Shown here piece after piece: positions 40,501 to 48,379 of a stretch of 64,000 nt of DNA; position 1 is the first letter of the stretch; each line of letters opens with the position of its first letter. The notes below the pieces were generated by a model. The model was not told where the DNA came from. It did not search any database and worked only from the letters and a program-made list of their open reading frames with translations. Source of the stretch: an uncultured virus (IMG/VR IMGVR_UViG_3300018041_000003) (Duplodnaviria > Heunggongvirae > Uroviricota > Caudoviricetes); IMG/VR virus record IMGVR_UViG_3300018041_000003. One strand, 5' to 3'. The translations under genes and the position numbers were made by a program.

Positions 40501-41196
40501 ACAGGAAGAAACTTCTTCTGGGTACAAGAGTCATTTTATGCGGCAAATCAAGCCTTATTCCAAGTAGGTATTGAAATAGAATCACCAGGAAACTTCCCAG
40601 CAGGTACTACTATTCAACAAGTTGGTTCTTGGACAACGAGTTCGGCTAGTTCAGGAACAATTAGACCAATTTATCTTAGTTCCAATGGTCAAACAAACGT
40701 TACAACCGGATCAATAGCCATTACATTTAAGAAAACGTTTAAAGAAGCACCAACTAACAACATCTTCTTTGACAAAACTAGTTTTGATGCGGCTGGTGTA
40801 GCACAAGGTACTAACGTAAGTGATGGCAGATTCCCAGCAGGAACACAGGTATCTACAGTTAGTATTGGTGAATATAATAATGTAGAATATTATAGCGTAA
40901 CATTTAACCAAACTTCAGATAACAGTGCTATTACTGCAGGTACTACAACTATTGAATTTGAATTTGTGCAACCACCGTTTGCTCAACCAGGCGAAACTAT
41001 CTTCTCATTCATTGCACAGCCTGGAGAAAGATCAACTCTTGATCTATCATTCATTAAGGAATTAACTAATACTACACTAGGTGGTAGAGGTACATTCCCG
41101 AATGGTCCAGACGTATTAGCAATTAACGTTTATAAGACATCGGGTGCGTCAATCATTAGTAACATTGTACTACGTTGGTCGGAAGCACAAGCATAA
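34525..41196 (+). CDS. Giant virion structural protein (2223 aa): two helical KCERD domains, five tandem beta repeats, C-terminal lectin-like region
   Basis: Long uninterrupted ORF in the structural module; Thr/Gly-rich repeats; GIQYSWYGAG lectin-like segment. Confidence 0.7.
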   Translation: MAKRKINEYIFHNGISYSDNYYPNAYWLIENNVEFIIDEVRAYINTNIAKAAQHTPTDATYNPQTGIMTLTIPSHPFVPGDQIIIEESALVFTCGFDNYATTHAYPRGSGAPNDAGTDPYFDAPILITSTTTSTITFFIGISSNTSTHVFDSAVANGVRSVFYNYVNDSDAKCERDMRYNLIGGDKNNSVTDQPGGLLYDLRYKGNEQARYLASTYWDKAIPQIDGDRNPERAAKNFCAWLINNYIFTNEAWTTNQSPAVTTQTINSEYIAESGASSQVNKVLVDTIGRVIVEGTDAMPDFHRAEISRAIFPTKVTQDNLLLITNTTTNQVLFNFSDPSKGADVKYTYDSVEYTPTYFYFQKFLETTDTITQVLFNIDTTNEEYLTNCRALLTNNKEFIKDEVRAWIADQVANASVGSIWDGYTYNAAKCERDTGFNIDAIIADMQYGGNANVRTTASKYWKGPTPQIDGTREQEIAAKNFMRDLVNNYILTKAVYPTKQTGTPETTQYFLGADCELGGNTRVTSLVSILTEVIEKGLDFLPVEDKPNVFSETDTLQIFVEQGDLRTRPYDFGTDAIERQRVANALSMLDADFEYGLQPTKWQAIGTMRGYPSTYEVPGTDTAVQSVITDASDGSEGIGQSLITVITVGPHGVLAGQPITIRGLDGAVKGNGRAEGTFIVNTVVNNSTFTYYAKAKVGTAAGTQLVTFYTILRQAAFYTGAAIQGDTAGFVVTSQGSSGSFSLALGVDAEENRLPIQGTPPSLGAPLQATGGGIPVGSQVTGITGDGNIITTPVTTADTPQGSFTISVEDATDVEIGSALDRGDGSAAFVTNVVGNDLTISSATTQVLVGNRVLYSGLTGTNDTTIGNGATFDVTRTSGVYAVSLGNTGQDYKIGDNIVISGGSLGGTDTTNDLRIVIEDVDTGGEIVSFAFSGTGFDGEGTFFGVNGQLAGGQGTDPVFDITYTNNVYTASVASPDTSSGYTVGDIIVIDGFDVGGQSVTNDAFIKVETVGAGGSITSVSTTGTAVDADVSYSSPPYTSTTISGLGADFNVQRIGTVYSVVVTNPGTGYLAAETFTILGSELGGADGTNNLTITITTVDVNGGITGVSTAGTAINTRSYGYVSGTNQIGSGATFQIDLSGGAYTINIEGAGQRYGVDQVINILGTQVSGTVPENDIAITITSIQNDGGITGISFTGSGATGSGTYLGAIGDNDANSGADAVFSVTRDAGTYSIVNATDNGSGYKVGDRIIIPGDQLGGDTPTNDLTLRCTVESTEGDFLGIDISGTAVPGSTLDLYSSITMSEETTSNISQATVITYSALASIRVTFQTPHGLVPGDSFAVTISSDDGANLHNLAAGPFSATAVPSLTQLEYQCRSPGFIDTGTANDQPIIGAVYPRPDSFFLHRPYDGGVQLGTGGPQHGAQAIRQSKKYIRYQSGKGIMYTTGALFAPSYNILNITASNTSPGSVITVTTDETEHGLQVGGQIRIIGVDTVGYNDTYTVSAVNDENEFEIIAVNALGSVTPELSSECQVSISKFHGATVRSGAFDDQNGIFFEYDGTQFSAVQRTATLQLAGVVDIDVDSNTCTGTGTRFREQLKAGDRIVLKGMTHVVSQVVDNTTMYLAPDFRGVTNVRSSKICLVRDKKTEQKDFNRDRGDGTGPSGYNIDISKMQMVGIQYSWYGAGFIDYMLRGADGNFVFMHRMRNSNINTEAFMRTGNMPVRYEITNEGPSGKLSQNIDAVVDTIPLVDASFFPPEGGTVYIDAEMIRFTGVDGKNLIGCTRASTMTNFASGATRTYSGGPAAQHTRNTGVVLISNTASPVISHWGSAFITDGGFDSDRGYLFSYKSTGVQVSTTRTTSFLLRLAPSVSNALVGDLGERELLNRAQLLLEGLEITTDQPVALDTGGIVIEGILNPQNYPLNPADVGWQGLSGLAQGGQPSFAQVAPGGSTNWNSGDIPTQSLVLTQAPITAAVTGVDRGYRNNNDYWDNAVRTGRNFFWVQESFYAANQALFQVGIEIESPGNFPAGTTIQQVGSWTTSSASSGTIRPIYLSSNGQTNVTTGSIAITFKKTFKEAPTNNIFFDKTSFDAAGVAQGTNVSDGRFPAGTQVSTVSIGEYNNVEYYSVTFNQTSDNSAITAGTTTIEFEFVQPPFAQPGETIFSFIAQPGERSTLDLSFIKELTNTTLGGRGTFPNGPDVLAINVYKTSGASIISNIVLRWSEAQA
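37080..38390 (+). repeat. Five tandem protein-level repeats of roughly 85-90 aa within the 2223 aa protein
   Basis: Consensus G.GA.F.V.R...Y.V....G..Y..GD.I.I.G..LGG...NDL.I....V...G.I......GT occurs five times. Confidence 0.75.
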
Positions 41197-41321
41197 TGGA
41201 AATCACAGCAGATCTAATTAGAGCAATGAACGAAACATCGTGGGTAGATGGTATTGGTACTATTGTTGTACTATTATTAGCCTATGCGGCTTATCGTTGG
41301 ATTAAAAATAAGACTAAGTAG
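41196..41321 (+). CDS. Small single-pass membrane protein (41 aa), absent from the ORF track
   Basis: TAATG overlap with the previous stop; MEITADLIRAMNETSWVDGIGTIVVLLLAYAAYRWIKNKTK has one hydrophobic span and a basic tail. Confidence 0.65.
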   Translation: MEITADLIRAMNETSWVDGIGTIVVLLLAYAAYRWIKNKTK

Positions 41322-41718
41322 GCATCGGCGGCGGATTATTTTTCTTTATAACATCTTTTTGACTGTCACCTGGAATAATGCGGTAGTTGTCTTCAACTGA
41401 ATCTGGTGTACTTACTTCACTTACAGAACTATTTGGTTCTAACGCAATAAGTTGGTGCGGTTGTAGTGGTGGATTATGCCAAGTATCCCCGGGTTTCAAT
41501 TCTTTGCTGTATAATACAGCATCTTTTGTGTCAATCCATTTAACTTCAAAACGTCCTTGGTTAACAAACCAGGTTTCGTCTTTCTCTTTATGAAAATGCA
41601 TAGAAAATTTAGCACCTGCTTTTTCAAATACCATAATTTTTCCGCAGTACTTGTCATTAGTAGCCCAGATTAACTCGTAGCCCCAACCTTTTTCAACTTT
41701 ACCATCAAGTCGACTCAT
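41314..41718 (-). CDS. Cupin-fold sugar isomerase-like protein (mannose-6-P isomerase / lyxose isomerase-like)
   Basis: KGWGYELIW, SMHFHKEKDETW, PLQPHQL, EVSTPD cupin motifs. Confidence 0.75.
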   Translation of the reverse strand: MSRLDGKVEKGWGYELIWATNDKYCGKIMVFEKAGAKFSMHFHKEKDETWFVNQGRFEVKWIDTKDAVLYSKELKPGDTWHNPPLQPHQLIALEPNSSVSEVSTPDSVEDNYRIIPGDSQKDVIKKNNPPPMPT

Positions 41719-42416
41719 TCTTTACTCCATTTTTTCATAAAATTTTTGTATGCTCCACGAAACTTACTTTGAAAGATCATATTACTAACAAAACTAGCAC
41801 GATACTTCTCTTGATCTTCGTCTTGTACAGTCGTTTCTAACTCAGTAAGTCTAATAGGAATGTACATTGCTAAAGGTGTACCTTTTTCTATTAAAAATTC
41901 ACCTTCTTTTTTAATTAGTAGTTGTTGATTGATCTGATGACTCCATTCGGTATGGGTAACACCAGGCATACATTCAAAATATTCATTAAAATCATAAAAC
42001 ATCGGTAATTGCATCATTGCCCAACCCGGACTTGTGCGTACACGCCACGGACAATCGGTTTTCGCAACACATAAAAACTTATCTTTCACATTTTCTGGCA
42101 AATAGTTTTTAAACTGTTCGTCATAATGTAAACTCATAGTAAAATCTTCATTACTCGAATGCCATGCAAACTCGTTCTTCGTTACTTTCAGGTGAAAATC
42201 ACACCACATAGTAACTACATAAGCATTTTTATAATAATCAACAAAACCAGGACAGTTTTTTAATGTGCCTTTGTCTTTAAAATTATCCTCTTGAATAAAT
42301 TTAGGCATATTTTTAAACCATAACGGCAGAAACTTAGTAGCAGACTGTACCGGTTCTACTTTAGTAAGACCAGGTACTACACTCCACCATTCAACTTTAC
42401 ATTTATTTTGACTCAT
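41715..42416 (-). CDS. Conserved phage hypothetical protein, possibly dUTPase-like fold
   Basis: PLWFK, TLKNCPG, PWRVRTSPGW, IEKGTPLAMYIP; the ATG at 42416 (MSQNK) is preferred over 42452. Confidence 0.5.
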   Translation of the reverse strand: MSQNKCKVEWWSVVPGLTKVEPVQSATKFLPLWFKNMPKFIQEDNFKDKGTLKNCPGFVDYYKNAYVVTMWCDFHLKVTKNEFAWHSSNEDFTMSLHYDEQFKNYLPENVKDKFLCVAKTDCPWRVRTSPGWAMMQLPMFYDFNEYFECMPGVTHTEWSHQINQQLLIKKEGEFLIEKGTPLAMYIPIRLTELETTVQDEDQEKYRASFVSNMIFQSKFRGAYKNFMKKWSKE

Positions 42417-43227
42417 GTATCCATTCCGTTGGTCTAATAAAAGAATGATCAATTACATTAAGCAATTTTGTGTTATCAGCACAGGTGTACTCTTGATATT
42501 GACTTTTTAATTTTTCAGGCATAGGTATATATTCTATTCTAGCATCATATTTTTTAGCAATGGTTAACGCAATGTCTTTGAATGATGTTGCAGTACCAGT
42601 ACCTAAGTTAAAAATACCATTTACGTCTTTTTCTAACATTTTTTCATGCACTAAACACACATCCTGTACACTAATAAAATCACGCAAGTAATTTTCACTA
42701 TTTTCAAACAATGTAATCACACCACGTTCTTTGGCTTGTTTAGTAAACTTAGTTATTGGACTTGCTTGATCTCCTTTATGGTCTTCATAATTTCCATATA
42801 CATTAAAATAACGGAATCCTTGAATATTAATTTTAAAGTCATCATTAAAATCATTAACCCATCTATCAATAAGATACTTGCTCCATGCATAAGGACTTTG
42901 TGGAAAGCATTTAGATGTTTCACGAAATCCATCTGCTCCAGGCCCATACACACTTGCTGAACTTGAAAACTGTAAACTAGTACCCATCATATCACAAATT
43001 TCAATAAGTTTCATTGTCCATTCATAATTTTGTTTTAATACCTTTTCAACATCGGATTCAGTAGTACTTGAAATAGCACCGCAGTGAATAATACGATCAT
43101 ATTGTTGAGCATCAGGAAACTTGTTTTCTTGCCACTCCCAACCTTCAACATCATGTCCTTTATGTTGTAAGTAAGAAGAAAGATTTTTACCAATAAATCC
43201 TTCATGTCCTGTAACTAAAATTTTCAT
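42403..43227 (-). CDS. hldD: ADP-L-glycero-D-manno-heptose 6-epimerase
   Basis: VTGHEGFIG, HCGAISSTTE, SSASVYG, YAWSK, GFRYFNVYG..E.HKG.QAS, RDFI.V.DV, FNLGTG, YQEYTCAD. Confidence 0.9.
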   Translation of the reverse strand: MKILVTGHEGFIGKNLSSYLQHKGHDVEGWEWQENKFPDAQQYDRIIHCGAISSTTESDVEKVLKQNYEWTMKLIEICDMMGTSLQFSSSASVYGPGADGFRETSKCFPQSPYAWSKYLIDRWVNDFNDDFKINIQGFRYFNVYGNYEDHKGDQASPITKFTKQAKERGVITLFENSENYLRDFISVQDVCLVHEKMLEKDVNGIFNLGTGTATSFKDIALTIAKKYDARIEYIPMPEKLKSQYQEYTCADNTKLLNVIDHSFIRPTEWIHESK

Positions 43228-44471
43228 TTAAAACTCTCTATTATTTTTGTAGTTGAATTTCCTTCTACTGTTGGAAAAATTTCAACAGGATATTCTTCAT
43301 GTCCAACTACCGTTTCTATTGTATAGTCTCCGCCCTTAATAATCAAGTCCGGATTGTATTTTTTTATTACATTTATAGGAGTGTCCTCATCAAAAATGAT
43401 AACTTCATCTACCCACGGTAATAATTTTAAATTTATTTGTCTTTGTAACTGATTGTTAATTGGACGATTTTCGCCTTTTAATCTTTTTGTACTAGAATCA
43501 CTATTAATGCCAACAACTAAGTATTGTCCTTTAGACTTTGCAAACTTTAGTAATTGAAAATGCCCTTCGTGTAATATGTCAAACACTCCATTGGTCCATA
43601 CTAATTTTGATTTTAAATCATCCTTAGTAATAACTACAACTCCTCTACGTTCAACAGTCCTTGCCGCGGCATAGCAAGCCATCTTACAACATTCAGCAAT
43701 TGACATATTTCTTTCAATGCCGTATGCAATAACAGATAGTACAGTGTCACCTGCACCAGTAACATCAGCCACCTCGTGTACCGGTTCTTTAAAATGAAAA
43801 TAATTTTTATTCTCATCAAGAACATGAATACCATTTGCTCCGTCAGTTACTACTAAATTTTTCCAGTTATACTCGTGCATTTTAAGTAATGCAATTTCTT
43901 TCCTAAACGTACCAAACCAAGATACATATTCTTTCATATTCGGTTTAACTAAAAAAGCACCTTTATAAAATTCAGGCTCTTGTTTAGGATCAACTAAAAC
44001 CTTATCAGTCTTTTTAAGTAATTCTTTTACTGTATTTTTATTAATAGTACCTTTTGCATAATCACTAACACAAACAATATCAGATTGTTTAGTATCATTT
44101 ACTAATCTTTTAAATCCTTCAGTACTATGAAATGTAGTTTCTCTATCCCAACGTAATAATTGCTGACCGTTATCACCAACTAGCCTTGTTTTAGTAGTAG
44201 TCATTGGTGAATCCATTGTAAGGTTAGAATGTAAATTAGTTACATCAAGTAACTCAATAGCCTTGTATCCTTCTTTATCACAGGATAATGCACCATATAA
44301 ACTAACATCTCCGTTAATAGAAGAAATATTTAATGCTAAGTTACCGGCACCGCCAATACTATATGTTTGTTCTATTTCTTTTAAAATAGGAATAGGCGCT
44401 TCAGGACTAATTCTATCAGCATTACCAAAAATCCATCGATCTAGCATTATGTCGCCATATACTCTAATCAT
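43224..44471 (-). CDS. hldE: Bifunctional heptose-7-phosphate kinase / heptose-1-phosphate nucleotidyltransferase
   Basis: GDIMLDRW.FG..DRISPEAPIP, GGAGN, SDYAKG, DPK, KPN, DVTGAGDTV; NGVFDILHEGH, GINSDSS.KRLKG..RPIN, KGGDY, STT. Confidence 0.92.
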   Translation of the reverse strand: MIRVYGDIMLDRWIFGNADRISPEAPIPILKEIEQTYSIGGAGNLALNISSINGDVSLYGALSCDKEGYKAIELLDVTNLHSNLTMDSPMTTTKTRLVGDNGQQLLRWDRETTFHSTEGFKRLVNDTKQSDIVCVSDYAKGTINKNTVKELLKKTDKVLVDPKQEPEFYKGAFLVKPNMKEYVSWFGTFRKEIALLKMHEYNWKNLVVTDGANGIHVLDENKNYFHFKEPVHEVADVTGAGDTVLSVIAYGIERNMSIAECCKMACYAAARTVERRGVVVITKDDLKSKLVWTNGVFDILHEGHFQLLKFAKSKGQYLVVGINSDSSTKRLKGENRPINNQLQRQINLKLLPWVDEVIIFDEDTPINVIKKYNPDLIIKGGDYTIETVVGHEEYPVEIFPTVEGNSTTKIIESFK

Positions 44472-44474
44472 ATA

Positions 44475-44915
44475 TTAAGTCTCTAATAGGTTTACAACTT
44501 GGAATACTGTTTCTAGTTTTGTGATATTTGTTTTATTTTGAAGTGTATTACGTAATCCTTGGTGTAAAGGTTTTGGCCATTTTCCAAAACTAGCCCAAGC
44601 ATACCCATCATGTTCGATATTAAGAGTTGGTAAGAATTCTTCTTTAACAACTATAAGGTATGTATGGAAATTAAACTTTTCGTCTGTGCTTACAAATGTT
44701 TCTAGGGGAATGGATTTTATAAACTTAGGTGTAGGACCTATTTCTTCGGAAATTTCTCTAGTAAGAGCATCAAATGGTGTTTCGCCAGAATTACTTCTAC
44801 CACCTACTAATCCCCAAACTTGAGATTGTTTACTTTGAGTACGGTGTAAGAATAAAAAACGTTTTGTGTTAAGGGCATAAAATAATGCACCACTACATGA
44901 TATCTTCTGGCTCAT
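44475..44915 (-). CDS. NUDIX hydrolase
   Basis: Perfect NUDIX box G-RSNSG-E-TPFDALT-RE-IS-EE-IG. Confidence 0.9.
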   Translation of the reverse strand: MSQKISCSGALFYALNTKRFLFLHRTQSKQSQVWGLVGGRSNSGETPFDALTREISEEIGPTPKFIKSIPLETFVSTDEKFNFHTYLIVVKEEFLPTLNIEHDGYAWASFGKWPKPLHQGLRNTLQNKTNITKLETVFQVVNLLET

Positions 44916-44927
44916 ATATATAGTTAT

Positions 44928-46346
44928 TTAAAACTGTATACGCCAAGTGCCGTTTCGATATTCGCCTTCGAATGATAAAACCCATTCACTGCCAGTCCAT
45001 TTATATTGGACTCCAGTATTTAAGTTAGTAGTGTATTTGATATTTGTTTCAGTACTTGAATCAAATAATACTTCCCATTTCGAACCTGTCCATTCAATAA
45101 TATCATTTTCGCCTGCAATAAGATCAGTGTTATCGGTGTTTTTCCAAGCAACCGGACCACTAGCATTACTAGCATCACCGATACTACCTAACAGTAATAT
45201 TCTTACTCCTGGATTTTTAATATTTGATGGATTATAAGTTTTTGGATCGATAATATAATCAATTTTATTTCTATCGCCAGTTGAGCCTGCAATAACCGTG
45301 TCACTAGGAATAGTATCACTATCCCAAGTAATTGCTAGTTTAGTATCATCATTAGGATTAATTGCAACAGTACCATTAATACTTTGTGATATGTCTTGTC
45401 TTGTAAGTTGTAGTTGACTCACACCAGACGTAAATGATCCTGGTAATGAATCTAACAATTCAGTCCACGGAGTGGAACCAACTACACCTCTATAAATTAA
45501 TTGTGCTTCGTTACCCATTACAAGTAAATCATAATTATTATACGCAGTAATAGCAAGGCCAGCAGTATCTTTTCTAGTAGCAGGTTGATTATTATCCGGC
45601 TGTGTAGGTTGTTCTGCAAGTTCGTCATTATATCGTTTAAACTCAGGAGTTGATTCTCCTAAGTCAATAGTTCCGTTGTCTTCGTTAAAGATGCTCATAA
45701 TAACACTTGTAATAACTCCAAGTTTTTTAACTTTTGCAGGCGGACTAATATAGATAGGAGTTGTAAATTGTAAACTTCCAACGTCAATCTCACTTTCAGT
45801 ACCTGTTGGAATACTTCTACCACTCCAAGTAACACCATCTAGATTTACTACACTTAAACTAGTCCAGTCGATATAATTATCAGTTGTTTGAATCTCTAAA
45901 CTAGGATTAAACAACATTAGGATCTGCTCCATAATTTGTAATTTTTGATCTGTATTAGTTGACCAAATATCTGCTGTTACTTGTAATGTATAAGGAGTTG
46001 GCATTAAACGTTCTACTGTAACATTTTTACCTTGTGTATTTAAATATTCGTTATTATCTTCATCATATGCACGTTCACGCAAATGAACCTTGCTTACGTG
46101 TGTAGCATCTGCTAATCGATCACGATCTAATTCTAAACCAGTCATATAAACTGCTATGCGAGGAGCACTTGGAATTTTATTTTCAGAATTATCTCTAAGG
46201 ATATGTCCTACTTGTCTAGTAATGTCGCCGTACATAACAGGAATTTGTCTTAAATTCCCATCGCCATCCTTATAAGAAAAATTACTCATAAGTCTAATCA
46301 ACTGAGTAATGTATCTTCTTATTTGTCCATCATAAAAATGTTGCAT
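44928..46346 (-). CDS. Tail completion / sheath stabiliser (T4 gp15-like) with C-terminal extension
   Basis: FYDGQIRRY...IPVMYG...PTPY.L....IW....QKLQIMEQIL..FNP.LE; synteny with neck genes. Confidence 0.7.
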   Translation of the reverse strand: MQHFYDGQIRRYITQLIRLMSNFSYKDGDGNLRQIPVMYGDITRQVGHILRDNSENKIPSAPRIAVYMTGLELDRDRLADATHVSKVHLRERAYDEDNNEYLNTQGKNVTVERLMPTPYTLQVTADIWSTNTDQKLQIMEQILMLFNPSLEIQTTDNYIDWTSLSVVNLDGVTWSGRSIPTGTESEIDVGSLQFTTPIYISPPAKVKKLGVITSVIMSIFNEDNGTIDLGESTPEFKRYNDELAEQPTQPDNNQPATRKDTAGLAITAYNNYDLLVMGNEAQLIYRGVVGSTPWTELLDSLPGSFTSGVSQLQLTRQDISQSINGTVAINPNDDTKLAITWDSDTIPSDTVIAGSTGDRNKIDYIIDPKTYNPSNIKNPGVRILLLGSIGDASNASGPVAWKNTDNTDLIAGENDIIEWTGSKWEVLFDSSTETNIKYTTNLNTGVQYKWTGSEWVLSFEGEYRNGTWRIQF

Positions 46347-47509
46347 TAATTATCTGCCTTAGGTCTAAGTGCTTGTGAAAGACTTTGTCTTTCTTCTACT
46401 TGTTCACCATTAATATCTGATGTTTTAGTATTATTAATAAAGTCTGTCTTATATGTATTTCTATCATTAGTATTTGTCATAGTCATACGTACTTGATCTT
46501 CCATCTTAACCCATCTTGTTCCATCGAAGCGGAATAAGCGTTTAGGCAAAAAGTCTGTTCTTAAATAATAGTCACCTTTAGTAGTAGTTAGCGGGAATGA
46601 TGTTCCAAAACCAAATGCTTCACCGTTAGGCGGAATACCGTCACCGATTAAGTAACCTTGATATCCTTCTCTTTCTGGTGTTTCGTTTACTCTACTTGCA
46701 TCAATGTTACCATTAGCAATACTAGCATCAATAAGTGTTTCGTCTGCACCCACAAGTTCTGGCTTACCTTCTGCATCAACTTGTAATGTATAAAGAGATG
46801 TTGTATCATAACCTGACTTAGGTGCATCGGCTTCTGCTTGATCTAATATAGCATTATTAATTTGCATTTCTTTTTCGTATGTACTAAGCACATCACGTAA
46901 TGTATTAGTACTTCCTTCTTCTGCCGGTAAATCAAGTATATCTTTAAACTCTTGAGAGTCAACTATTTGTTTTAATTTAACTCTATATAAATGTGGATAC
47001 CAAGTTTGTGTAAATCCTTCTGCGGCCCTGTTTACATCTTCTACAACATAAAAACGTTTCAATGCTACACTATAATCATTAAGTGCATTTTCGTCTTTTA
47101 AGTGAGGTAATTCAAATACGTCACCTGGCATTACTTTTCTGCCTAACGTTTTTACACTATAATTGATCGGTATGGTCATAAACAATGTGTCGTTGGTTAA
47201 GAATAAACCAAATTGGCTCATATCAAAGTCAACATCTTGTACATTGTAAATACCTCGAATTACGTAAACATCTGGATCATATTTTCTATCACGGTTTTCC
47301 ATGAATAACATATCTTGAATGTTAGTTTCTTTTACAGCATCGTAATGAGGCTGTGACGGAGTAGCATCTGCTTCGTCTGGGTTTTTAGGGCCTAAATATT
47401 TGTGAACAAATACGTCAGTTCCGCCAACAGTAAACATTTCTGTTACTGTTCTGTCTAGGAACTCGTAATCGTTGCCCTTTTCTGGTTTGTATAAACTTAT
47501 CCTTGGCAT
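46346..47509 (-). CDS. Neck / head-closure protein (T4 gp14-like)
   Basis: LF.ENRDRKY...SQFGLFL..D.LF...GDVFELP; position between gp15-like and gp13-like genes. Confidence 0.65.
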   Translation of the reverse strand: MPRISLYKPEKGNDYEFLDRTVTEMFTVGGTDVFVHKYLGPKNPDEADATPSQPHYDAVKETNIQDMLFMENRDRKYDPDVYVIRGIYNVQDVDFDMSQFGLFLTNDTLFMTIPINYSVKTLGRKVMPGDVFELPHLKDENALNDYSVALKRFYVVEDVNRAAEGFTQTWYPHLYRVKLKQIVDSQEFKDILDLPAEEGSTNTLRDVLSTYEKEMQINNAILDQAEADAPKSGYDTTSLYTLQVDAEGKPELVGADETLIDASIANGNIDASRVNETPEREGYQGYLIGDGIPPNGEAFGFGTSFPLTTTKGDYYLRTDFLPKRLFRFDGTRWVKMEDQVRMTMTNTNDRNTYKTDFINNTKTSDINGEQVEERQSLSQALRPKADN

Positions 47510-47517
47510 AGTAATAG

Positions 47518-47549
47518 TATTTATCGTTAGATAATCGTTCGCATAAATA
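47518..47549. promoter_or_regulatory. Back-to-back divergent late promoters
   Basis: ATAAATA on the minus strand (47518-47524) and on the plus strand (47543-47549), between divergent neck genes. Confidence 0.7.
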
Positions 47550-47568
47550 CTAATGGAGACTGAAACTT

Positions 47569-48318
47569 ATGGCGACACAAAAACAAGAAATATTCGATTA
47601 TGTAGCGGCTATGCTAGGAAGTGGCATGGTTGATGTTGAACTAGATCCAGTACATTATGAAGTAGGATTGCAAGCGGCATTTGACAAATATCGTCAACGT
47701 TCAGATAATTCTGTAGAAGAATCTTATGCATTCTTAACTACTGTAATTGATCAGAACGAGTATACTTTAGATCCAAACATTATGGAAGTTCGCCAAATTT
47801 TCCGTAGATCAATTGGGTCAAGAACAGGTGGTGGTGATGGCGGAACATTGTTTGAGCCGTTTAACTTAGCCTATACAAATACATACTTGCTATCTAGTTC
47901 AAATATGGGTGGACTAGCAACTTATAATATGTTTGCAAGTTATCAAGAACTTGTAGGACGTATGTTTGGATCATTTATTGAATTTAAATGGAACAACACT
48001 ACTAAAAATCTTACAATTCTTCAACGTCCTAGAGCAGAAGAAGAATTACTTTTATACTGTTACAATAAACGACCTGATTCAGAAATATTAAATGACTATC
48101 TAGCAAAGCAATGGATTAAAGATTATACACTTGCTAAGTGTAAGTATATGCTAGGTGAAGCACGTAGTAAATTTGCTACTATTGCTGGTCCACAAGGAGG
48201 TTCAACTCTAAATGGCGATGCACTAAAAGCAGAAGCACAGGGCGAAATGGAAAAATTAGAACAAGATCTAATGACCAATGTTGCCGGCGGCGTTGGCTAC
48301 GGCTTTACAATTGGCTAG
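47569..48318 (+). CDS. Neck / head-tail adaptor (T4 gp13-like)
   Basis: LG..MVDVEL...WIKDY.LA.CK..LG..RSKF..I.GP.GG.TLNG.ALK.EA..E.E.LE. Confidence 0.8.
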   Translation: MATQKQEIFDYVAAMLGSGMVDVELDPVHYEVGLQAAFDKYRQRSDNSVEESYAFLTTVIDQNEYTLDPNIMEVRQIFRRSIGSRTGGGDGGTLFEPFNLAYTNTYLLSSSNMGGLATYNMFASYQELVGRMFGSFIEFKWNNTTKNLTILQRPRAEEELLLYCYNKRPDSEILNDYLAKQWIKDYTLAKCKYMLGEARSKFATIAGPQGGSTLNGDALKAEAQGEMEKLEQDLMTNVAGGVGYGFTIG

Positions 48319-48325
48319 ATTCAAC

Positions 48326-48354
48326 TTGACATCCTTCACATAAGATTATATACT
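48326..48354 (+). promoter_or_regulatory. Sigma70-type (early) promoter
   Basis: TTGACA-N17-TATACT upstream of the dNMP kinase gene, which has an AAGGAG RBS. Confidence 0.8.
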
Positions 48355-48379
48355 ATATACTTCTAATAAGGAGTTTTAT

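Noticed and set aside
41314..44471. Host chromosomal LPS locus or chimeric assembly
   Set aside because: The genes are tightly coupled to phage neck genes, share codon style and late promoter motif, and have no flanking host genes.
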